NCBI GenBank assembly: GCA_033762915.1
Contig: JANRLD010000094.1
Location: 16,469 to 48,468, forward strand
Direction: 5' to 3'
Source of the DNA: Meiothermus sp.
GTDB taxonomy: Bacteria; Deinococcota; Deinococci; Deinococcales; Thermaceae
DNA length: 32,000 nt
In this document: positions 20,540 to 27,169 of the stretch, piece by piece
How the letters are laid out: every line of letters starts with the position of its first letter
How positions within the stretch are numbered: the stretch's first letter is position 1
Notes under the pieces: model-generated
Seen by the model: only the letters and a program-made list of their open reading frames with translations
Database searches by the model: none
What the model was told of the DNA's origin: nothing
Program-made: the position numbers and the translations under genes

Positions 20540-22408
20540 TCAGTTCCCGCTGACCGCCCAGGTGACAGCGGCCTCGAAGAGGTTCCAGCCGACCGGGGTG
20601 AGCTTGCTGGCCTGGTTGTCACGCATGAAGAAGGCCACGCGCCGGGCCGGGGCGGTGCGCCCCACCATCTGGGCACCGGTGTCGTAGGCGAAGAGGTTGG
20701 CCTGGGCGGCGTTGTTGGCCATCCGCCCCACCACCACCGCGCCGCTGCCGGGTACGCCCCAGGAGAACCACTCCCCGGCGGTGTAGACGGCGGGGTTGGA
20801 GGGGGCGCTGAGGCCCGCCGCCAGCGGGTGGGTGCCGTTCACCAGGCTGACCTGAGTCAGCTTGTCGGTGGTGCCGGACTGGCCAGCGGCGGTCAGACCC
20901 ATTTCGTCGAAGACGTCGGCCCGCCACACCACCACCGGAACCGCGACCGCGGCGAACTTGGTGTTCACGTCGCCGCCGCTGGCAGTGGCCGAGATTAGCA
21001 CCAGGTCGCGCCCGGTCGCATCGGCTGTGCGGGCCTTTTTGTCTTCCCTGGGAGTCACCGAGTAGCCGAGGGACTGGAGGCGGCTGATCAGCAGGTCGTC
21101 GTTGGCGTTGGGGCTGGCTCCGCCGTGGACGAAGAGCGCGTTCTCGAGCTGGATGCCGGGCAGTCTCTGCGCGAAGCTGACCGTGTTAATCAGCCCAAAC
21201 CGGCTGTTGGTGGTGCCCGCCCCGAAGGTGGAGGTGGACAGCCAGGTCGAGAGGCTGGACCAGCTGAGGCTGGAGGTCTCGCTCATGGCCAAAGCCAGGA
21301 TGCCACTGACCAGCGGGGCCGCGAAGGAGGTGCCGCGCACGGTGGCGACCCGGCTTTCCGGATAGGCGGTGACGATGTTCTCGCCGGGGGCCATGAACTC
21401 CAGCGCCGTGCCCGAGTTAGAGAAGCTCGAGCGGTTGCCGTTGCCGTCCACGCTGCCCACACTAATCAGGCGGTCGGAGTTTGTGGCGTTGGCGGCCGGG
21501 AAGTCGAGGCTACCGCCCCTGTTTCCCGCCGCCGCTACAACGTAGACGCCCAGGCCGTTGACGTAGCTGATCTGGGTACGCAAGGCGGACACGTTCACGT
21601 CGGTGCCCAGCGAGAGGTTGATGATCTGCGCGCCCTGCTGGCGGGCCCAGTCGATGGCCGCCACCACGTTGTCTACGTTGCCCGAGCCGTCTGAACCCAG
21701 CACCCGGATGGGCAGGATGGTGGCGCGGGGGGCGACCTGCAGGATCAGCCCCGCCACCGCCGTACCGTGCCCATAACCCTTGTCGCCCGGTACATCTTGG
21801 GGGTTGCTGTCGCCGTCTACGTAGTCCTTCCACTGGCTGCTGGGAGCCAGCCGGCCGGTAAACATCGGGTGGGCGAGATCCAGGCCGGTGTCGATCACCG
21901 CCACCTTGATCCCACTACCATAGTCGCGGGCTAGCGCGTGGGCTTGGGGCAGCTTGATCTGCAAGAAGGCGGGGCGGTTGCTGGGGGGTATCACCGGGAT
22001 GCTGCTGCTGCCGCTGGCCCAGGCGTTCCAGCCGCTGCCCCAGGCATTCCAGCCGCTGCCCCAGGCGTTCCACCCGCTGCCCCAAGCGTTCCAGCCGCTC
22101 ATGGTGGCCGGGGTGCCCACGTCGGCGTTGGCCTCGAGGGTGGTGTTCTGCATCGAGACCCCCCGGGCCTGCAGCTGGGCCACCGCCTCCTCGCCCATCC
22201 TGAGGATGGCTTGGTCGTCCAGCCACGCGATCACCTCGCCGCCGTAGCGCTGGGCCACGGTCTCCCGGGTGTCGGCCGGCTCGAGCCGGACTGTGAGCAG
22301 ATAGCCGCTGCCCCCCGGCGAGGTTGCCTGGGGCGGAGTGCCCCCACAGGCTGCCACAACCGCAATGAGCGAAAGCGCAAGAGCCTGTTTGATGTACCGA
22401 AGTCTCAT
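20540..22408 (-). CDS. Lipoprotein S8 subtilase 5: I9-like propeptide, 4x GWNAW(G/A)S, catalytic domain, uncharacterised roughly 200-aa C-terminal domain
   Basis: Lipobox VVAAC|GG. Triad motifs VAVIDTGLD, HGTAVAG, GTSFAAPLVSG. I cannot assign the C-terminal domain (NALFVHGGASPNANDDLLISRLQSLGY ... VGWNLFEAAVTWAVSGN) to a known family. It has an alternating alpha/beta-like pattern. Confidence 0.9.
   Translation of the reverse strand: MRLRYIKQALALSLIAVVAACGGTPPQATSPGGSGYLLTVRLEPADTRETVAQRYGGEVIAWLDDQAILRMGEEAVAQLQARGVSMQNTTLEANADVGTPATMSGWNAWGSGWNAWGSGWNAWGSGWNAWASGSSSIPVIPPSNRPAFLQIKLPQAHALARDYGSGIKVAVIDTGLDLAHPMFTGRLAPSSQWKDYVDGDSNPQDVPGDKGYGHGTAVAGLILQVAPRATILPIRVLGSDGSGNVDNVVAAIDWARQQGAQIINLSLGTDVNVSALRTQISYVNGLGVYVVAAAGNRGGSLDFPAANATNSDRLISVGSVDGNGNRSSFSNSGTALEFMAPGENIVTAYPESRVATVRGTSFAAPLVSGILALAMSETSSLSWSSLSTWLSTSTFGAGTTNSRFGLINTVSFAQRLPGIQLENALFVHGGASPNANDDLLISRLQSLGYSVTPREDKKARTADATGRDLVLISATASGGDVNTKFAAVAVPVVVWRADVFDEMGLTAAGQSGTTDKLTQVSLVNGTHPLAAGLSAPSNPAVYTAGEWFSWGVPGSGAVVVGRMANNAAQANLFAYDTGAQMVGRTAPARRVAFFMRDNQASKLTPVGWNLFEAAVTWAVSGN
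22013..22096 (-). repeat. 4 tandem 21-nt repeats encoding GWNAWGS x3 plus GWNAWAS
   Basis: aa 105-132 of subtilase 5. Confidence 0.95.
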
Positions 22409-22465
22409 GTTATACCCCCTGCACCATCCAGCATAGGTCGCAGGGTTGGCGGGGGTTCATCATGC

Positions 22466-22497
22466 AACCGTAACGCAACCGTCTTGCGTTACAGCGG
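22466..22497 (-). promoter_or_regulatory. Conserved bipartite upstream motif of subtilase 5 (CCGCTGTAACGC-N11-GTTACGGTT)
   Basis: Same boxes and spacing as the other paralogs, 58 nt upstream of the ATG at 22408. Confidence 0.6.
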
Positions 22498-22565
22498 TTT
22501 TACCGCGCGTCGCCGGTTGCGCGTGGCCGTATGCACATTGAGGGGTACCCGGCCCCAAACACGGT

Positions 22566-22581
22566 TCTGCCGTGCGGCAGA
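22566..22581 (-). terminator. Small hairpin after the GyrI-like gene (TCTGCC-gtgc-GGCAGA)
   Basis: 6-bp stem with a 4-nt loop, 27 nt beyond the stop at 22608. Weak. Confidence 0.3.
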
Positions 22582-22607
22582 CCGCGGTTCTGGAAAATCG
22601 GTGGCCC

Positions 22608-23231
22608 TCAGCGTACGGGCTGGCGCAGGACGGTTTTGAGCCTGTCGGGCCGGCTCTTGCGGGGGTCGCCGAGGTAGATTTCGTGGTGTTTTTGCACCCG
22701 CCCATCAAAGCGGCAGCCCCCGGCGTGGATGAAGCCGTGCAACTTTTGGACGGTCGGGCCTTCGGCACTGTAGGGGCCGAGGTGCAAGACCTGGGCGGCG
22801 TGCCCTTCGCAGAAGGGCTCGAGCCGTACCTTATCCAAAGCGGGCAGGTGCTTCTTGCGGCGCAGCTCACCGCGCAGCTGTTCAAGCCGCTCGGGGGTTA
22901 CTGCGGCGGGCTGGGCGATCATCATCGTCCAGCGCCAGTCACCCTTGCGCTCGAGGCCGAACTCGGCCATGTCCTCGGCCCACCACAGCCCCTCGAGCGG
23001 CCCCACCTTATAGTCCTGGCCTCCGGCCTTCTTTAGGGCGAACTTGAGGCCGTAAGCGAGGGCGTACAAAGCTTCGAGGGCCTGGTGGTAGCCCTCGGAG
23101 GTGTTGGGATCGCCTTGCCCGTCGATCATCAAGAACTGCGCGGCGGGCACTTCAACCCACTCGGGGGTGGTGCGGGCCTGGTAGAAATCCTCGAGGCCCG
23201 TGGAGACCAACCTGACCTCGCCCGTATTCAT
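22608..23231 (-). CDS. GyrI-like small-molecule-binding domain protein
   Basis: 207 aa. The pattern ...FLMIDGQGDPNTS..Y..A.EALY...Y.LKF..K......Y.V.PLEGLWW ... G.H.EIYLGDPRKS.P..LKTVLRQPV is typical of GyrI-like/YdhG-type proteins. Confidence 0.75.
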   Translation of the reverse strand: MNTGEVRLVSTGLEDFYQARTTPEWVEVPAAQFLMIDGQGDPNTSEGYHQALEALYALAYGLKFALKKAGGQDYKVGPLEGLWWAEDMAEFGLERKGDWRWTMMIAQPAAVTPERLEQLRGELRRKKHLPALDKVRLEPFCEGHAAQVLHLGPYSAEGPTVQKLHGFIHAGGCRFDGRVQKHHEIYLGDPRKSRPDRLKTVLRQPVR

Positions 23232-23291
23232 AAGAGCGCTCCTTTAGGTGTCGGCTGGGACGGCTCTGACAGTCCCGGCCGACGGCACAAA

Positions 23292-23762
23292 TTAGTTGCG
23301 GGCGTAGTAGCGCCGCACCGAGGGCAGCACACACAGTCCGCAGATCAGCAAGCCCAGCGCGAACATGGCCGGCTGTAGCCAGAACAGCCACCCCATCGTG
23401 GCGACCTGGTAGACGATCCAAACCATCTGGGCCAGCCCAACCCCAAAGGCCAGGCCCCAAACCCAGTGGATGTGGAGCGTGTTCTCGAGGCCACCCGCCA
23501 GGCCCCAGTCGGGCCGCAGCCAGAGCACAAACACCGTGAGCATGGGCAAGACCCCCAACACGGTGAACAGCAGCAGGCCGGGTATGAAGTAGTCGGAAAA
23601 GGCTGTGCGGGAGAGCCACTGGGTCGGCAGGCCCATCCGCCCGCCGCTGGGATCGCTCAGAAGGCTGTAGCCGCCGTACAGGGCTCCGGCGCCCACCACC
23701 ACCAGCGCCCCCGATAGCCCATACAGCCCCGCAGGCCGAACTTGTCGCGTCGCTCGCATCAA
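23292..23762 (-). CDS. Hypothetical membrane protein (about 4 TM)
   Basis: 156-aa ORF with four hydrophobic segments. It sits 10 nt downstream of the CoA-binding gene on the same strand. Confidence 0.55.
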   Translation of the reverse strand: MMRATRQVRPAGLYGLSGALVVVGAGALYGGYSLLSDPSGGRMGLPTQWLSRTAFSDYFIPGLLLFTVLGVLPMLTVFVLWLRPDWGLAGGLENTLHIHWVWGLAFGVGLAQMVWIVYQVATMGWLFWLQPAMFALGLLICGLCVLPSVRRYYARN

Positions 23763-23772
23763 GCCACCTCCT

Positions 23773-24243
23773 TCAAACCTGCTTGGGTATTCCGCCCGTC
23801 AGGTTCATCCACCAGCGAACGCAGCGGTGTCCGACGTCGGCGGTGCGGCAGTACATCATCGGGCAGCCGCCGGGAATTACCGTGAGGCCCTTGCCGCGCC
23901 CGTAGGCCACGGCCTTATCGCAGACGCTGCTGCCCATTCCCCTGTGCATCCAGACCCGGCCGATGCCCAGCTCCGCACACTGCTCGACGATCTTTTCGGT
24001 CACTTCGGGCCGGGTGACGATCACCGCCCCGTCCACCTTGATTGGGATGGATTTGAGGTCGGGGTAGGCGGGGTCGCCCTCGAGGGTCGTGGCCTTGGGG
24101 TTAACCGCGAAGACCCTGTAGCCCTCGGCGCGCAGCTTGCGGTAGATGGCGTTGGCGGCGTCGTCCTTGGTGCTCGAGACCCCCACCACCGCAATGTTTT
24201 TCTGGCTCAGGAACTCTTGGGTTGCTTGCTGCATGGTCGGCAT
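23773..24243 (-). CDS. CoA-binding domain protein (YccU/YneT-like)
   Basis: KNIAVVGVSSTKDDAANAIYRKLRAEGYRVFAVNPK ... DLKSIP.KVDGAVIVTRPE is the classic CoA-binding Rossmann pattern. Start chosen at MPTMQQ (ATG 24243, GGAG 6 nt upstream). The track start at 24372 reads through repeat copy C. Confidence 0.8.
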   Translation of the reverse strand: MPTMQQATQEFLSQKNIAVVGVSSTKDDAANAIYRKLRAEGYRVFAVNPKATTLEGDPAYPDLKSIPIKVDGAVIVTRPEVTEKIVEQCAELGIGRVWMHRGMGSSVCDKAVAYGRGKGLTVIPGGCPMMYCRTADVGHRCVRWWMNLTGGIPKQV

Positions 24244-24248
24244 AGGTG

Positions 24249-24320
24249 TCTCCATAGTTGGAATGCGAAATTTCGCCCGCCAGCTCCCGCAGGGAATCGC
24301 GCCCCGGGTAGCCGCTCCGC
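24249..24320. repeat. Intergenic repeat element, partial copy C
   Basis: TCTCCATAGTTGGAATGCGAAATTTCGCCCGCCAGCTCCCGCAGGGAATCGCGCCCCGGGTAGCCGCTCCGCC matches the left parts of copies A and B, then diverges. Confidence 0.7.
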
Positions 24321-24373
24321 CTCGGAACGCAACACTTGCCCCCTCGGAACTAGCAGATTCACTGCGGCGCACC

Positions 24374-25150
24374 TTAACGCACCCGGACGATGTCCATGCG
24401 GCCGGCCCCGCCGATCACCTCGAGGTCAACCCGATTTCTAGACCACTCAAAGCCCGGCGAGGTGTAGGTGGGTCGCACCCGGCCAAAGACCTCGATAATG
24501 CCGCTGGTCACCCGAACCACCCGCACCCGCACCGCCAAGTTGCGCGGGACCCGAATCACCGAGCGGCCGCCCCCACCCGTCACCTTGGCCGAGACCACGC
24601 CGCTGTCGGGCAGGGTCAGGCTCAGGCGGCCGGTCTGCGCGTCCACCTCCAGGCGCACCACCTTCAAGCCGCGCAGGTTGATTTCCGAAGAGGAAATGGG
24701 GTTCTTGACGCTCAGGGTCAGCGGGACTTTGGGGCTGAGTTTGAGGCTCCACTGGGGCCACCTCAGGGCTTCGCGCAGGGCCGGAGGTCGCTGGGAAACC
24801 AGGCTGTACACCGCCGTGCTGCCCCGCACCTGGGCTTGCTCGTCCCGGCGCTCGAGGTCGAGGTTTTGCACGCTGCCCTCGAGCAGGTTCTCGTCGGAGG
24901 CTTGGCCCGCCAGGACCAGACGGGCGGTGCCCGGCGAGAGGGTCAGGGCTGCGCTCTGGGCGCTGCCCAGCGGGTATCGGACGGTCTCCGCTAAGCCCAG
25001 CTTGCTCCGCGACAAGGTGTTGTAGGCCCAGAAGGCCCCGACCAGCGGCACCGCCAAGGCCACGAGCAGCGCCACAGACCTGCTGGTCCAGGGCTGCCTC
25101 GAGGGCCCTGCGGCGGGCCGGGTCGGCGGATTGGGTGTATGGGTGGCCAT
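24374..25150 (-). CDS. Membrane-anchored beta-rich protein, toastrack/DUF4097-like (tentative)
   Basis: Pro-rich N-terminus and one TM helix (SVALLVALAVPLVGAFWAY). This is followed by repeated short beta-strand patterns (LTLSVKN, INLRGLKVVRLEVDAQTGRLSLTLP, VIRVPRNLAVRVRVV) like LiaF/LiaG-type toastrack domains. Confidence 0.5.
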   Translation of the reverse strand: MATHTPNPPTRPAAGPSRQPWTSRSVALLVALAVPLVGAFWAYNTLSRSKLGLAETVRYPLGSAQSAALTLSPGTARLVLAGQASDENLLEGSVQNLDLERRDEQAQVRGSTAVYSLVSQRPPALREALRWPQWSLKLSPKVPLTLSVKNPISSSEINLRGLKVVRLEVDAQTGRLSLTLPDSGVVSAKVTGGGGRSVIRVPRNLAVRVRVVRVTSGIIEVFGRVRPTYTSPGFEWSRNRVDLEVIGGAGRMDIVRVR

Positions 25151-25308
25151 GGTCCCTCCTTTTTCACGCGACGGCTCGGCCGCATGGGTTGGCGAGCCGG
25201 ACGCTCAGACCCCGAACGCCCTCGCCCCCGCAAGCCGTCCGCCCTCAGCGCGGCCCACAGCCGGCCCCCTCAACATGAGGGACGCTTCGTGGCTCCATTT
25301 GCGCCCCA

Positions 25309-26442
25309 TCACCAGCGCTCGAGGCCCGCCAGCCCGCCCAGCCGCTCCACCAGGCGGGTCTCGGCCTGGCCGCGCACAAACTCGAGGCGGGTGGCGTAGC
25401 GCTGGCACAGCTCGGGCAGCACCCGGCGCAGCTCCACATCCTGGATGCGCCCCGCGCCGTGGGCGATCGCGCCCTCGGTGCTACCGCCCACCCAGTCGTC
25501 TGGCGCGCGGTAGGCTTGGCCTTGCAGGTTCCAGGGGGCCACCACTAGCCGCAGGCGGCCCTGCTGGAGCAGCTCGAGGGTCTGATCCAAGCCCCCCACC
25601 CCACGCTCGATCAGCCCGTCCACCAGCTCGCTTTCGCGCTGGCGCTCGAGCGGCTCGAGGGCGGCCTCGACCCGCCTCAACACCTCGTCGGCGTGGCTGG
25701 AGGGGGTGGTGAGGGCGGGCAGCACCGTCCAGACCTTTTCGCGCAGGCGGCGCGGCAGCAAGGTCTCGAGGGTCTGCACCTCAGAGGGCTGGCCCATCAG
25801 CACCAGCCGCTGGATCTCGCGCCCGTGCAGCAGGCCCTCGAGCTGGCCCACCATCTGCTTATAAAAGCGGTAGGTCCAGGCCTCGAGGCGGCGCTCGAAG
25901 TGATCGGAGTCGGCCCCCCCGCCCAGGGTCATGCCCTGGCTGTAGCGCCGCCCCAGGCCGTCCTGGCGCAGCTGCCGCCACTCGCCGGGGTCGACGGGCC
26001 GGAAGGCGCCGGACAGTTCCTCGATTTCACCCAGGAACACCTCGAACATCCGCCACTTCTCGCTGTCCAGGAAGACCACCCCCACCCGCGGGTATTCTTC
26101 CAACAGGTAAAGCAGCGGGGTCAGGTAGGGCTCGCCCCAGCGGGCCTCCACGCCCTGCACCAGGGGCAGCTCGGCCTGCAAATCGTAGATCTCCATCAGC
26201 CCCTGGCCCGCAAAGACGATCCGGCTGCGGCCCTGCGGGGGGGCGGCCTCGAGGGCGCTCAGCAGGCTGCGGGCGAGGGGCCGGGGCACCTCGAGGGCCT
26301 TGAGCGCCTCCTTGACCCGCAGCGCATAGGCTTTGCCTTGGTTGGCGGGCCGGGCGGCGGTGTCCAGGTAGAGTGAGAAGACGGGAGAGGCCCGAGGGAC
26401 CACAAACTCGCGGACATGACGGGTCGCGGCTTGGGTGAGCAT
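25309..26442 (-). CDS. Bacterial eRF1/Pelota-like (baeRF/VLRF1-type) protein
   Basis: The three-domain layout and central segment LGRRYSQGMTLGGGADSDHFERRLEAWTYRFYKQMV resemble the GG(Q)-loop region plus following helix of aeRF1/Pelota-type proteins. The C-terminal domain has the usual ...LVDGLIERGVGGLDQTLELLQQGRL..L pattern. Start probably at MLTQAATR (26442). Confidence 0.55.
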   Translation of the reverse strand: MLTQAATRHVREFVVPRASPVFSLYLDTAARPANQGKAYALRVKEALKALEVPRPLARSLLSALEAAPPQGRSRIVFAGQGLMEIYDLQAELPLVQGVEARWGEPYLTPLLYLLEEYPRVGVVFLDSEKWRMFEVFLGEIEELSGAFRPVDPGEWRQLRQDGLGRRYSQGMTLGGGADSDHFERRLEAWTYRFYKQMVGQLEGLLHGREIQRLVLMGQPSEVQTLETLLPRRLREKVWTVLPALTTPSSHADEVLRRVEAALEPLERQRESELVDGLIERGVGGLDQTLELLQQGRLRLVVAPWNLQGQAYRAPDDWVGGSTEGAIAHGAGRIQDVELRRVLPELCQRYATRLEFVRGQAETRLVERLGGLAGLERW

Positions 26443-26568
26443 ACACACCTCCAACCCCCATTGAACCCGCGAGGCGTTACCCCGGCATTACCAAGTTGCG
26501 CGACTGTGCAACTGCCCAACGGCAGGGGCGGCCAGCCCAGAGGCGATGGATTGTCGTAGACTCTCGGC

Positions 26569-27051
26569 ATGGACAAAGCCAAAGACCTGGGGCGCGTCGC
26601 CCTCCAGGAGCGCCGTCTGCGCTTCGCCAGCTTCGACCACGCCACGGCCTGGGCGATCGGCTCGAGGCTGCGCCAGCTGGCCCACGAGCGCGGCCTGAGC
26701 GTCGCCATCGAGGTCCGACTCCACCACCAGCCGCTGTTCTTCGCCGCCCTGCCCGGAACCACCGCCGACAACGCCGACTGGCTGCGGCGCAAGCACAACG
26801 CCGTGGTCCGCTTCGAGCGCAGCTCGTACGCGCTGGGGCTGGACATCGGGGAGGAGCGGCTCGAGCAGACCTGGGGCCTGGGCCGACGGGACTACGCCCT
26901 GCACGGCGGCTGCTTCCCGGTCTTCGTGGGCGAAACGTGCGTGGGGACGGTCGGGGTCTCGGGGCTGCCGCAGCGCGAGGATCACAAGCTGGTAGTGGAG
27001 GTGTTGGCCGAGCACCTGGGGGTGGGGCTGGAGGAGGTCGGTCTGGACTGA
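26569..27051 (+). CDS. UPF0303/heme-degrading (GlcG/HbpS-like, DUF336) domain protein
   Basis: 160 aa. F....A..LG..L...A......V.I.V......LF..ALPGTT.DN..W..RK.N.V.RF..SS, ending in GG.FP......VG...VSGLPQ.EDH..VV, is the UPF0303 pattern. Confidence 0.75.
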   Translation: MDKAKDLGRVALQERRLRFASFDHATAWAIGSRLRQLAHERGLSVAIEVRLHHQPLFFAALPGTTADNADWLRRKHNAVVRFERSSYALGLDIGEERLEQTWGLGRRDYALHGGCFPVFVGETCVGTVGVSGLPQREDHKLVVEVLAEHLGVGLEEVGLD

Positions 27052-27120
27052 ACCCGCGCCCGGGAGAGCCTTTTGGGCTCCCGGGCGGAGTGCCTTTTGG
27101 CGGAGACCGGCCAAGCAAAC

Positions 27121-27147
27121 AGCCCCTCGATTCTTCACCGAGGGGCT
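27121..27147. terminator. Bidirectional terminator hairpin AGCCCCTCG-attcttcac-CGAGGGGCT between convergent genes
   Basis: 9-bp stem followed by T-rich gtcctcttcgtt on the plus strand. It lies between the CDS ends at 27051 and 27170. Confidence 0.55.
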
Positions 27148-27169
27148 GTCCTCTTCGTTCCACCCTCCG

